From an uncultured Gammaproteobacteria bacterium (GTDB taxonomy: Bacteria; Patescibacteriota; Microgenomatia; UBA12405), in contig CAZSQT010000028.1 in the NCBI GenBank assembly GCA_964609295.1, forward strand, positions 1-50,297: a stretch of 50,297 nt of DNA, read 5' to 3'. The notes under the pieces are model-generated. The model saw nothing but the letters and a program-made list of their open reading frames with translations. It was not told the origin of the DNA and ran no database searches. How positions within the stretch are numbered: the stretch's first letter is position 1; the number at the start of each line of letters is the position of its first letter. The translations under genes and the position numbers were made by a program. This document shows, one piece after another, positions 1 to 9,134 of this stretch.

Positions 1-4
1 AATT

Positions 5-1603
5 ATGAATGGTGGTAAAAAGATTAAGTCTTTAATTTTAATTCCTGTTTTATTAGGTGTTTTAGCTTTGACTTTAACTTTAGTTAAGCAAAGACAAGAG
101 ACAAGGAGGGGGGCAGCAGGAGATGATTTGACTATTTCTGTTAATAAGACTGTTTTTGAAGATGTTGAAAAAAATGAAACTTTTAAGGTGGATGTGCTTG
201 GAAATTATGATTCTAGCTTAATTCGTATGGGGGCTTTTTCAGTTTGTTTAACTCCCAATTTGGAGATTTCTTCAGATACTATAGTTACTAGTTCTTTTAA
301 TGATATTAAATTTAAAGAAGCAAAATCTGATTATGTTGTTGATGGATTTAACTGTTATACGATTAATTGTTTGATGAATAGTTATTCGTCAGCTGGTGAA
401 TTTGATTTTTTTACTATGAATGTTAAATCTAAAGATGGTAATAAAGGTGAAATAAATATTTCTCCACTTGAAGGAGAATTTATTTCTACAGAAGACCCTT
501 ATAGTGCCCTTGATGTGAGTAGTGACTTGGTCTTGAAGGTTAAGATTAATGATGGAGGAGAAAAAAGTGATTATGATTTGAAAGTGGAGACTAAAGTGGA
601 TAAGGAGGATGTTAATGTAGGTGATAATGTAAAAATTGTTTTTAGTAGAGATGATGGTTATAAATTATATGGTCTTGATGTGTCTTTTTTGTATAGTGAT
701 AAATTTGATGATATTGAGAAGGATGATGTTTTAATTTTTAATCTAGGAGAGCCTGATTCTTGTAATATTCAAAGTTTTAAAAAAGCCAAAGAAGGTGTTT
801 TTAAAAAGGTTAGTTTTGGTATTAATTGTGGTGATAAATCTGAGAAATTATATGAAGGGAAAGATGATTTTTTACAATTAACTTTAAAGGCAATTAATGA
901 GGGAAATGCTATTGTTAAGACTGAAATAGACCAAGTTACGTTTTTTGAAGATACAACTAGATTTTTTAATGTTGCCCCTATCGATGATGTTAAGTTGACT
1001 ATTACTAAATCTTCTGTACCACCTGTAATTCCAAATGATGAGGCGAAGGTTTCGGCTAATTTTACTTTTGTAGGGATTAATACAGGTTCACCTCCGAGGT
1101 GTATGAGTAGTCCAGAGATGGATATTTTGGTGGTTTCTGGTGATACTAAGGTAGAAAAGCAAGTGACAGCTCATTGGGTTAAGGATACTAATTATTACAA
1201 TGTAGTCTTTGATTTGGAATCTGATTTTGTAGGCAAAGATAATGTCTCAATATTTTTGAAAGGGCCTCAACATTTGAGAATAAAATATGGTATAGATGGA
1301 CAAGATAGTGTTTACAATGAATTGCATGGTCAATTGTCAATTGAAGGGGGTAGGGAAAATAAGTTTGATTTTACCAAGTTTCCTGTGCTAGGTGGAGATA
1401 TTGCTGAAAGTAAAAGAGATGGTTCTATTAATGGCGAGGACTTTTCTTTTATGAAGAAGAGGTCTCGTGAAATAGTTAGACATGCAAATAAAGAGTCTAC
1501 TGACATGATTTGGGGTGATTTGAATGGAGATTGTGTAGTTAATGGGGCTGATGTGGCTTTGTTCTTAAAATCTCTAGTTGAAAAGCAGGACCAAACTTAT
1601 TAA
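5..1603 (+). CDS. membrane-anchored surface protein with two cohesin-like beta-sandwich modules and a C-terminal dockerin-like segment
   Basis: 532-aa ORF. N-terminal hydrophobic anchor IKSLILIPVLLGVLALTLTLV. The C-terminus carries RDGSINGEDFSF and DLNGDCVVNGADVALFL, which fit the DxNxDGxhNxxD Ca-loop pattern of dockerins. Call made by eye. Confidence 0.5.
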   Translation: MNGGKKIKSLILIPVLLGVLALTLTLVKQRQETRRGAAGDDLTISVNKTVFEDVEKNETFKVDVLGNYDSSLIRMGAFSVCLTPNLEISSDTIVTSSFNDIKFKEAKSDYVVDGFNCYTINCLMNSYSSAGEFDFFTMNVKSKDGNKGEINISPLEGEFISTEDPYSALDVSSDLVLKVKINDGGEKSDYDLKVETKVDKEDVNVGDNVKIVFSRDDGYKLYGLDVSFLYSDKFDDIEKDDVLIFNLGEPDSCNIQSFKKAKEGVFKKVSFGINCGDKSEKLYEGKDDFLQLTLKAINEGNAIVKTEIDQVTFFEDTTRFFNVAPIDDVKLTITKSSVPPVIPNDEAKVSANFTFVGINTGSPPRCMSSPEMDILVVSGDTKVEKQVTAHWVKDTNYYNVVFDLESDFVGKDNVSIFLKGPQHLRIKYGIDGQDSVYNELHGQLSIEGGRENKFDFTKFPVLGGDIAESKRDGSINGEDFSFMKKRSREIVRHANKESTDMIWGDLNGDCVVNGADVALFLKSLVEKQDQTY

Positions 1604-1642
1604 TATTAAATTATTAAAGATAATAAAGGGAGAATTAAAAAA

Positions 1643-2254
1643 ATGAAAGAAAAAAATAAAAAGTTTTTTGATGTTTTGATACCGTTAATTGCTTTTGTAA
1701 TAATAGTTCAGAGTATTGTGATAGTAACTAGTTTCAAAAAGGCCTCTGATGCCAATCAAGATGTGGTGAAAAAACCAACTGCATCAGAAGAGTTGGAAAA
1801 AAAGCAAGATCCTGTTTACAATTTGGTTTTTAGTACTCCTAGCACTGAGATGGAAAAGGGTAAATCATACCCTGTTGTCTTGAAAGCTTTGAGTGATACT
1901 AACAATGCTATTGATGCGGTGAGCTTGTATATCAAATATGACAAAGAGGCTTTTACTGTATCTAATTTGGAGTTTAGCGATAAATTACCCAAGCCTGGCT
2001 ATAGCAAAATTAGTGACAAGGTGGGAATGGTAGTGGTTCATTATTTTGTTAGTGAAGCTAATGGTTTGGCTATTAACAAGGATGAAACTTTTGATCTTTT
2101 GGGTTTTGAGATAGTGCCCAAAAAGTCGGGAGATTTTAAGTTTGAAATAAGTACTGGAAATGATGGTTTAGATTCTGTTACTATGATAGTAGATAATGCG
2201 ACTACCAAATTACTGCCCATAAGTAGTAATGCATTAAATGTTGAAGTCAAATAA
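1643..2254 (+). CDS. membrane-anchored cohesin-like domain protein
   Basis: 203-aa ORF with an N-terminal TM helix (FFDVLIPLIAFVIIVQSIVIVT). A single beta-rich module (YPVVLKALSD..AIDAVSLYIKYDKEAFTVSNLEF) resembles a cohesin. Same strand as the previous gene, 39 nt downstream, with a GGGAG Shine-Dalgarno. Confidence 0.45.
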   Translation: MKEKNKKFFDVLIPLIAFVIIVQSIVIVTSFKKASDANQDVVKKPTASEELEKKQDPVYNLVFSTPSTEMEKGKSYPVVLKALSDTNNAIDAVSLYIKYDKEAFTVSNLEFSDKLPKPGYSKISDKVGMVVVHYFVSEANGLAINKDETFDLLGFEIVPKKSGDFKFEISTGNDGLDSVTMIVDNATTKLLPISSNALNVEVK

Positions 2255-2263
2255 TCAAAATAA

Positions 2264-2995
2264 ATGACAAACTTAAATAAAATTTTAACTTTGATAGGAT
2301 GTTTTGCAATGATGTTTTTATTGTCGCCAATGAAGGTTATGGCTGGTCCTCATTATACTTTGGATGCGGCCACAGGTGAGCATACTAATGGTTCTTCTTT
2401 TAGTGTAATTGTTGGGGTAACAGGCATAGGTGAGTCAGGAATGGTCACTGGAGATGTTGATTTGAATTTTGATAAATCTAAATTGGAAATTAGTTCTGTA
2501 GAAAAGTTGTCAAATACAGTTTTTCCTTATAGTAGCGATATTAATTTTAAGACTGATAATGTTAATGGAACGATGATGGTATCTATTTTTTCTGGCGATC
2601 AGGAGATTTCTTTTGGTAATGGTGTGACTAATATTTCTGGTCCTTTGTTTAAAATAAATTTTAAAGCTAAATCAGAAGGGACGGCAGCGGTGACTTTTAA
2701 TTGTACAACTGGTAAAACAGATGATACTAACATTTTTTTGGCTCCAGGAGCAACTGAAGGGATTGTTTGTAGCGAAAATACAACAGGGAGTTATACAATT
2801 AAGGCAGCTTCTTCGACTTCAACAACTTCAACAACAACTTCAACAACAACTTCAACAACTTCGACGACAACTCCTACTCCAACAACAGCGGTTACGGCAA
2901 CTGAATTACCACAAACTGGGAGTGTTGGAACAACTATATTATTGACTCTTTTGGGAACTTTGGGTGTTATTGGTGCTTTCTTGTTAAAGATCTAA
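2264..2995 (+). CDS. cell-wall-anchored cohesin-like protein with a Thr/Ser linker and an LPXTG sorting signal
   Basis: Signal peptide ending VMA/GP. Beta-rich module (DVDLNFDKSKLEISSVE...). STTSTTTSTTTSTTSTTTPTPTT linker. C-terminal LPQTG followed by a hydrophobic stretch and a terminal K, which is a canonical sortase substrate tail. Confidence 0.6.
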   Translation: MTNLNKILTLIGCFAMMFLLSPMKVMAGPHYTLDAATGEHTNGSSFSVIVGVTGIGESGMVTGDVDLNFDKSKLEISSVEKLSNTVFPYSSDINFKTDNVNGTMMVSIFSGDQEISFGNGVTNISGPLFKINFKAKSEGTAAVTFNCTTGKTDDTNIFLAPGATEGIVCSENTTGSYTIKAASSTSTTSTTTSTTTSTTSTTTPTPTTAVTATELPQTGSVGTTILLTLLGTLGVIGAFLLKI

Positions 2996-2996
2996 T

Positions 2997-3722
2997 ATGA
3001 ACAAGAAAAAAATAAGTTTTAAAACGATTTTAATTTTTGTGATAGTAATTTTGACGGGTGTTTTGGCAGTAATGGGTTTGAATGTCACTAGGACTTATTT
3101 GTCGGGGGCCGATACTAGTATTAAACCACAAAATGTTTTGGCTATTCCTGGCAAGGATGGTAGGAGTGTAACTATCACCTGGACAACAGAAAAACCATCT
3201 ATCAGTATGGTTTCGTGGGGGACAACTCCGGCTAATACTATGATTAAGGCAGGTCAAACTGATTTGGTAACTTCTCACAACATCAAGGTTGATACTTTGA
3301 GGCCGGGGACAACTTATTATTTTAAGATTGTAATTGGTAGTGATGAGTATATGGAGAATGGAGTACCTTATAGCTTTAAGACGCCCAGTGGAACAGCTGA
3401 TCAAACTAGTGCTTCGGAAGAAGAGACAGAGGCGGTGCCTACAGTGGTAGTACCAACAGCAGCAGTGGCAACACCAGAAGCCACTCCAACAACAGCGGAG
3501 ATTGATACTAGTAAATGTGACAGAGTGACTGATTACAATAGCGATGGGGTGGTCAATAGCTTGGACTATTATTATTGTATTCAATCTTTATCTGATTCGA
3601 GTAGTACTCCAAGTGCAACTCCGACAACTGCTAGCACTGGTTGTGATGCTGGCAAGGATAACAATGGCGATGGGGTGATAAATAGCCTAGATGCTTTGTG
3701 GTGTTTACAAAACACCAACTGA
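2997..3722 (+). CDS. membrane-anchored FN3-like protein with two dockerin-like Ca-binding repeats
   Basis: N-terminal TM helix. FN3/PAP-N-like module (SVTITWTTEKPSISMVSWG...LRPGTTYYFKIV). DYNSDGVVNSLDYYYC and DNNGDGVINSLDALWC repeats. Starts 2 nt after the previous stop. Confidence 0.55.
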   Translation: MNKKKISFKTILIFVIVILTGVLAVMGLNVTRTYLSGADTSIKPQNVLAIPGKDGRSVTITWTTEKPSISMVSWGTTPANTMIKAGQTDLVTSHNIKVDTLRPGTTYYFKIVIGSDEYMENGVPYSFKTPSGTADQTSASEEETEAVPTVVVPTAAVATPEATPTTAEIDTSKCDRVTDYNSDGVVNSLDYYYCIQSLSDSSSTPSATPTTASTGCDAGKDNNGDGVINSLDALWCLQNTN

Positions 3723-3782
3723 TGAGGTAAAATATAGCTTGATATTATTTAAATAATTTAACACCAAGGAGGTGTATTTTTA

Positions 3783-3989
3783 ATGCCTATAATTGTAAAA
3801 AGAAAAAAAGGTGAAAGCAAGGATGATGTTATTGGTAAGTTTAGAAGACTTTGCATGGAAGAAGATATCACTGAAGAAGTCAAAAAAAGAGTGGCTTATA
3901 CTAAGCCTTCTGCTTTGAGATATGCTAAAAAAAAGATTATTTTTTGGCGAGAAAAATGTAGAAGAAGAGCCAAAAACTCAAGAAGATAA
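3783..3989 (+). CDS. rpsU: 30S ribosomal protein S21
   Basis: 68 aa, basic. The sequence KFRRLCMEEDITEEVKKRVAYTKPSALRYAKKK is typical of S21. An AAGGAGG Shine-Dalgarno lies upstream. Confidence 0.85.
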   Translation: MPIIVKRKKGESKDDVIGKFRRLCMEEDITEEVKKRVAYTKPSALRYAKKKIIFWREKCRRRAKNSRR

Positions 3990-3990
3990 A

Positions 3991-4425
3991 ATGATTAAAG
4001 ATAAATTAAAACAAAATAGTATTGAGGCCTTAAAAGAACATAATTCTGTTTTGGTGGATATATTGCGATATTTGATTTCTTTGATTGATAAAAAAGCATT
4101 GCAATTACCTCCAGGGGAGATGAAAGAATCGGATGAAATTGCGGTTTTACAAAAGGAGTTAAAAAATAAGGAAGAATCAAAGGCTGTTTTTCAAAAAGCT
4201 GGTAGAAATGACTTGGTAACTTCTTTAGATTATGAAATTGAAGTTTTAAAATCATATTTACCAAAACAGATGGATGAGGCAGAGATTACTACAATAGTTG
4301 ATGAGGCGATAGAATCTAATGGAAATAATTTTCCATTGGTGATGAAGGAAGTAATGGGAAAAGTTGCTGGTAGGGCTGGTGGTGATGTGGTTGCAAAAAT
4401 AGTTAAGCAAAAATTAAGTGCCTAA
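3991..4425 (+). CDS. GatB/YqeY domain-containing protein
   Basis: I use the internal ATG at 3991, just after the rpsU stop; the track ORF starting at 3922 overlaps rpsU. Motifs AGRNDLV..EIEVLKSYLPKQM..EI and GKVMGKVAGRAGGDVV are typical of YqeY. rpsU-yqeY synteny is common. Confidence 0.7.
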   Translation: MIKDKLKQNSIEALKEHNSVLVDILRYLISLIDKKALQLPPGEMKESDEIAVLQKELKNKEESKAVFQKAGRNDLVTSLDYEIEVLKSYLPKQMDEAEITTIVDEAIESNGNNFPLVMKEVMGKVAGRAGGDVVAKIVKQKLSA

Positions 4426-4789
4426 AAAAAATTTAATTTTCATCAAATCAGGGGGTAGGTTTTGTCTGGATAAGGAATTGATTTTGGCTTGTGCCCAAAA
4501 AACTTTAAAAAAATATGGTTATCCTCAGGGGGTGGAGTTGAGTATTATTTTTGTAGGCGTAAAAAGGGCTAAGGCTTTAAATGAAAAATACAGAAGGATG
4601 GATTATATTCCACAGGTTTTGGGTTTTCCGATGTCAAAAAAAGCAGATGCTGATGGTTATACTAGATTGGGGGATATTGTAATTTGTACTAGCAAATTGC
4701 AAAGAGAAGTAATATATCAAAAAAGTGATTTGAAGACAGTTTTGCAAAGCTGGTTGGATCATGGTCTGGAAAATTTATTGAAGGGCTGA
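4418..4789 (+). CDS. ybeY: YbeY-like rRNA maturation factor (metal-binding His triad not intact)
   Basis: GTG start. The LNEKYRRMDYIPQVLGFPM and LGDIVIC motifs match YbeY. The C-terminus reads DHGLENLLKG-stop where the HGxLHLxGxxH motif is expected. Confidence 0.5.
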   Translation: MPKKNLIFIKSGGRFCLDKELILACAQKTLKKYGYPQGVELSIIFVGVKRAKALNEKYRRMDYIPQVLGFPMSKKADADGYTRLGDIVICTSKLQREVIYQKSDLKTVLQSWLDHGLENLLKG

Positions 4790-4842
4790 TTGATACAGAG
4801 GTTTATATTGATAAAGAGGTGGGGAAGTGGTTAAATTAGTTG

Positions 4843-6375
4843 ATGTCTGTTTATCACTTAAAATATCGTCCACACAAAATATCGGAGTTGGATTTGGCGG
4901 ATGTTGCTGATAAAATTTCCAAAATATTGCTTTCTGAAAGTTTACCTCATTCTTTTTTGTTTTCTGGGCCTAAGGGTTCGGGTAAAACTTCAGCAGCGAG
5001 AATTTTGGCTCAAAATGTAAATTGTTTGGAAAGAATTGACGGTGAAGCTTGTGGAAAATGTAAAAATTGTTTGAGTATAGAAGACAAAAAAGCAATCGAT
5101 ATTATCGAAATAGATGCAGCGTCTAATAGGGGAATTGATGATGTGAGATCAATAAAGGAAAATGCTTATTTATCACCTGTTGGATTAAAGTATAAGGTTT
5201 TTATCATTGACGAAGTGCATATGTTGACCAAAGAGGCTTTTAATGCACTTTTAAAAATCATCGAAGAGCCACCGGCACATGTTTTGTTTGTTTTGTGTAC
5301 TACTGATGAAAACAAAATTCCTGAGACGGTATTGTCGAGATTGGTAAAAATATCTTTTAGGAAAGGTAAAAAGGATGAATTGAAGAAATCTATCAAAAGA
5401 ATTATTGATGGAGAAGGTTTTAAGATGGAGGATGATTTTTTGGATATTTTGGTAGAAAATAGCGATGGAAGCTTTAGAAATGTTCATAAAATTTTTAACG
5501 AAATTGTGATGCAGTATGGTGGGGAATTTAAGACAGATTTGCTTATGTCTTTTTTTGCCAATAAGGGGGGAGATTATACAGGTGAAGAAATAGAAAAAGA
5601 TTTAATATCAAAGGATAAGAGTAAGATTGTTAAAAAATTAGAAGATATGGCTCAGAGGGGAGTTGATTTTGAAATTTTAAGACAAAACTGGATAGCTTTT
5701 TTTCAAAAAAGATTATTGTCAAATTTGGGTATAGGTGAAAAATTGGTCGGTGGTTTGGGTAATGAAGTTTTGAGTAAATGGTTAAATTTATTGATTGTTT
5801 CTGGTAAATTACAAAAAGAAGTTGATATTGACCAATTACCTTTACAGTTGGCAGTGATTGATTTTATTGGTGATGCTAGAGTTGAAAAGAAAGATAAAGA
5901 ATTAGAGACAGAAAAGCCTAAAGTAAATGTGGTTAAGCCAACTATTAAAAAGGTAACTAAAGAAATCCAATCGGTTGAAGAAACTATAAACAAAAGTTGT
6001 GGTTGTGATTTGACCCAGATAGAAGAGTCTTGGGGCAAATTATTATCATGTGTTAAACCTCATAATCATAGCGTAGAAGCGTTTTTGAGGGCAACCAGAC
6101 CTAAAATTTTTGATGGGAGGAAGTTGGTAGTAGAAGTTTTTTATCCTTTTCACAAAGATAAATTGGAAGAGTTAAAAAATAAGCAAATAGTTGAGAGAGG
6201 AATTAAAGATGTTTTTGGAATAAGTGCTGTTTTTGAGTGTGTTTTGTCGAAAAGCAAAAAAAAGCCTTTGGTGGTTAACAATGAAACACCAATTAATGAA
6301 GTTAGCTCCAAATTAGGAGAAGAAAGAAAGAGTGATAATGATTTGTATAGTGTAGTTAAAGATATTTTTAGTTAA
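4843..6375 (+). CDS. dnaX: DNA polymerase III subunit gamma/tau
   Basis: YRP..ISEL, Walker A GPKGSGKTSAARILA, zinc module CGKCKNC, IDEVHML, and LLKIIEEPP...SR sensor motifs. ATG at 4843; the track starts at the TTG at 4840. Confidence 0.88.
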   Translation: MSVYHLKYRPHKISELDLADVADKISKILLSESLPHSFLFSGPKGSGKTSAARILAQNVNCLERIDGEACGKCKNCLSIEDKKAIDIIEIDAASNRGIDDVRSIKENAYLSPVGLKYKVFIIDEVHMLTKEAFNALLKIIEEPPAHVLFVLCTTDENKIPETVLSRLVKISFRKGKKDELKKSIKRIIDGEGFKMEDDFLDILVENSDGSFRNVHKIFNEIVMQYGGEFKTDLLMSFFANKGGDYTGEEIEKDLISKDKSKIVKKLEDMAQRGVDFEILRQNWIAFFQKRLLSNLGIGEKLVGGLGNEVLSKWLNLLIVSGKLQKEVDIDQLPLQLAVIDFIGDARVEKKDKELETEKPKVNVVKPTIKKVTKEIQSVEETINKSCGCDLTQIEESWGKLLSCVKPHNHSVEAFLRATRPKIFDGRKLVVEVFYPFHKDKLEELKNKQIVERGIKDVFGISAVFECVLSKSKKKPLVVNNETPINEVSSKLGEERKSDNDLYSVVKDIFS

Positions 6376-6426
6376 AATTTGTTACAATAATTTATCTATT
6401 ATTTTTTTAAAAAGGATTTTTAAAAT

Positions 6427-6675
6427 ATGTTTGATAAAGCAAAAATGTTAGCCAAAGCTTTTAAATTAAAAAAGATGATTGGTTCAGAGGTGGTTGAGAT
6501 GGAAGAGAACGGGGTAAAGGTGATAGTTTCTGGAGACCAAAAGATAAAGTTTTTGTCGATTAATGGAGTGGAAAATAAGATATTGGTGGAAGTAGTTAAC
6601 AAAGCAATGAAAAAATCACAAGAAGTAGCGGCAAAAAAAATGAAAGATATGGGTGGGCTTGATGGTTTGTTTTAA
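6427..6675 (+). CDS. ybaB: YbaB/EbfC family nucleoid-associated protein
   Basis: 82 aa. Lies between dnaX and recR, which is conserved synteny. The overall pattern (helical N-terminus, central beta segment VKVIVSGDQKIKFLSI, helical tail) fits the family. Confidence 0.75.
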   Translation: MFDKAKMLAKAFKLKKMIGSEVVEMEENGVKVIVSGDQKIKFLSINGVENKILVEVVNKAMKKSQEVAAKKMKDMGGLDGLF

Positions 6676-6680
6676 AAAAT

Positions 6681-7280
6681 ATGACCGATTTTCCAAAATC
6701 TATTAAGAATTTAGTCGAATATTTTGAAAGATTGCCAGGTATTGGGCCTAAAACAGCAGTTAGGTTGGTTTTTTATTTACTAACAACCCCCAAAAACTTT
6801 GTTGATGATTTTGCACTTAATTTGCAGAAACTAAAAACAATGATAAAAACTTGTGAAGTTTGTTTTGGAGTAAGTGAGAGTGATGTTTGTGATATTTGTA
6901 AGGACCAAAAAAGAGATAAAAGTAAGATATGTGTGGTGGAGAGATCAATTGATTTGATGGCTATCGAGAAGGTAGGTGGTTTTAATGGTATTTATCATGT
7001 TTTGGGTGGAGTAATTAATCCGTTGGACCATGTTAGCCCTGATGATTTAAAACTTGGTGAACTATTCGTTAGATTGGATGGAGCAAAAGAATTGATTATT
7101 GCTACCAATCCAACTATGGAGGGCGAAGCGACGGCTTTGTATATTAGTAAAAAAGTTAAAGAGATTAAACCTGATTTATTGATTAGTAGAATTGGTCGAG
7201 GATTACCTATTGGGGCTGATATTGAGTTTGCTGATCAGGCAACTTTGAGTCGAGCTTTTGAAGGGAGGCAAAAAATATGA
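6681..7280 (+). CDS. recR: recombination protein RecR
   Basis: LPGIGPKTAVRL helix-hairpin-helix, C4 zinc finger CEVCFGVSESDVCDIC, and a Toprim segment VVERSIDLMAIE. Confidence 0.9.
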   Translation: MTDFPKSIKNLVEYFERLPGIGPKTAVRLVFYLLTTPKNFVDDFALNLQKLKTMIKTCEVCFGVSESDVCDICKDQKRDKSKICVVERSIDLMAIEKVGGFNGIYHVLGGVINPLDHVSPDDLKLGELFVRLDGAKELIIATNPTMEGEATALYISKKVKEIKPDLLISRIGRGLPIGADIEFADQATLSRAFEGRQKI

Positions 7281-7735
7281 TAGGTAATAAACATAAGATT
7301 AAAAAGAAACTAGTTGAACCATTGGAGGTTTTGGAAAAAAGTACTAACAAAATAGTTGATTCAACTATTGGTAAGATTAGTTTTAAGGATTTTTTTACTG
7401 ATTTAAAAACAGATGATGCGAGTAAAAAAGAGGAAGATGATAAAAAAAAGACAAAAGAGATGGAAGAAAAACAAAAAAATAAAATGAAAGGGAGAGATGT
7501 TGAATCAGAATTAAAAGAATTAAGAGAGAAAAAAAGAAGAGAAGAAGAAGATGAAGAAAGAAAATATCAAGAAGCAGAGCAAGAAAAAAAGAAGAGGTTA
7601 GAAGCAGAACAGGAAGCTATGCTTCAAGATGAGATGGTGAGTCATCCTTCTAAACAGAAAAAGAAGAGAGGGGGAGCTTTTTTGCCAGCAAGTAAAAAAT
7701 CTCAAACAAAAGAGTATGCCAATAATCCAGATTGA
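7277..7735 (+). CDS. hypothetical Lys/Glu-rich protein
   Basis: 152-aa low-complexity charged ORF. Its start overlaps the recR stop (ATGA), suggesting co-translation in the dnaX operon. Confidence 0.4.
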   Translation: MIGNKHKIKKKLVEPLEVLEKSTNKIVDSTIGKISFKDFFTDLKTDDASKKEEDDKKKTKEMEEKQKNKMKGRDVESELKELREKKRREEEDEERKYQEAEQEKKKRLEAEQEAMLQDEMVSHPSKQKKKRGGAFLPASKKSQTKEYANNPD

Positions 7736-7761
7736 CAGTTAGTCAATGATAAAATAAGATA

Positions 7762-9126
7762 ATGAAAATATTTAATACAGCGACGAGACAAAAAGAGGAA
7801 TTAAAAACAATAGAGCCAGGTAAGGTGGGGATATATGCGTGTGGTCCTACAGTTTATTCATCGCAACATATTGGTAATATGTATGCTTATATTTCTTGGG
7901 ATATTTTGACTAGATCTTTGAGATATTTGGGTTATCAGGTGAAATATGTGATGAATGTGACGGATGTTGGGCATTTGATAAGTGATGGTGATGAAGGTGA
8001 AGATAAGATGCAAAAAGGGGCAAAAAAAGAAGGTTTGTCTGTCTGGGAAATTGCTAAAAAGTATGAACAACAATTTTTTGAAGATGAAAAAAAATTAAAT
8101 ATTGTTAGACCTGATGTAGTTTGTAGAGCTACTGATTATATTCAAGAACAGATTGATTTGGTTAAGCAAATTGAAAATAATGGTTTTGCTTACAAAACTA
8201 GTGATGGAATTTATTTTGATACAAGTAAATTTGAGGCTTACGGAGATTTTGCTAAATTAAATTTGGATGAATTAAAAGAGGGGGCGAGGGTAGAAAAAAA
8301 TAAAGAAAAAAGAAATCCAAGCGATTTTGCTTTATGGAAATTTAGCCCTTCGGTAAGCTTGGGGCAAGTAAGACAAATGGAATGGGATAGTCCTTGGGGT
8401 AAAGGTTTCCCAGGTTGGCATGCTGAGTGTACGGCAATGTCAGCCAAAGAGTTAGGGGTACCTTTTGATATTCATACAGGAGGCATCGACCATATACCGG
8501 TTCATCATACAAATGAGATTGCTCAGGCTTATGGAGCTTTTGGTAAAAAGACAGCTAATTATTGGATGCATAATGGTTTTTTGACTTTTGGAGGAGATAA
8601 GGTGAGTAAATCTTTGGGTGGTTTGTATACTATATCTGAATTGGAGCAAATGGGGTTTGATCCTTTGGCTTATCGTTATATGGTAATTTCATCACATTAT
8701 CGTAGTGGTTTAGATTTTTCTTTGGAAAATTTAAAATCGGCGCAAACATCCTTACATAAGTTAAAAGGGATTGTGGCTAATAAAATTAAAGGAGAGATTG
8801 ATAATAAAATAATTGAAGAATTTAAGGGATTGATAGCTAATGATTTGGCGATGCCTGAAGTGATGGCTTTAGTATGGAAAGTGGCTAAAACTTCTCCGGC
8901 AACAGTTTTGGAGATGGATAAGGTTTTGGGTTTGGATTTGGACAAGGGAGTGGGTGAAGATGATATTCCTAGTGATATTTTGGATTTGGTAGCAAAAAGA
9001 CAGGAAGCAAGGGCAAAAAAGGATTGGAAAAAAGCGGATTTATTAAGAAAAGAAATTGAAGAAAAAGGATATCTAGTTGAAGATTTACAAAATGATTGTA
9101 AAATAAGGAAAGTTATGTTAATCTAA
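7762..9126 (+). CDS. cysS: cysteine--tRNA ligase
   Basis: Class I signatures CGPTVYSSQHIGN (HIGH-type) and KVSKS (KMSKS-type), plus WHAECTAM for Zn/Cys binding. Confidence 0.9.
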   Translation: MKIFNTATRQKEELKTIEPGKVGIYACGPTVYSSQHIGNMYAYISWDILTRSLRYLGYQVKYVMNVTDVGHLISDGDEGEDKMQKGAKKEGLSVWEIAKKYEQQFFEDEKKLNIVRPDVVCRATDYIQEQIDLVKQIENNGFAYKTSDGIYFDTSKFEAYGDFAKLNLDELKEGARVEKNKEKRNPSDFALWKFSPSVSLGQVRQMEWDSPWGKGFPGWHAECTAMSAKELGVPFDIHTGGIDHIPVHHTNEIAQAYGAFGKKTANYWMHNGFLTFGGDKVSKSLGGLYTISELEQMGFDPLAYRYMVISSHYRSGLDFSLENLKSAQTSLHKLKGIVANKIKGEIDNKIIEEFKGLIANDLAMPEVMALVWKVAKTSPATVLEMDKVLGLDLDKGVGEDDIPSDILDLVAKRQEARAKKDWKKADLLRKEIEEKGYLVEDLQNDCKIRKVMLI

Positions 9127-9134
9127 ATAGTTTT

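Noticed and set aside
2815-2880. Nucleotide tandem repeats (acttcaacaaca units) as a non-coding microsatellite.
   Set aside because: They are in-frame and encode the Thr/Ser-rich linker of the LPQTG protein. They are mentioned under the surface-module finding only.
3030-3584. Antisense or alternate-frame track ORFs inside well-supported genes. Examples: 2041-2250(-), 2721-2945(+), 3030-3584(-), 3995-4264(-), 17522-17902(+), 31295-31696(+), 47578-47964(-), 49912-50226(-).
   Set aside because: Each lies wholly within a longer ORF that has clear family motifs. Their sequences are low-complexity or Cys/His/Ile-rich in the way typical of antisense reading of AT-rich genes.
6240-6265. A-run (agcaaaaaaaagcc) in dnaX as a possible programmed -1 frameshift site producing the gamma subunit.
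   Set aside because: It lies near the extreme C-terminus (about residue 470 of 511), not at the domain III/IV boundary. No downstream hairpin or nearby out-of-frame stop arrangement was evident.
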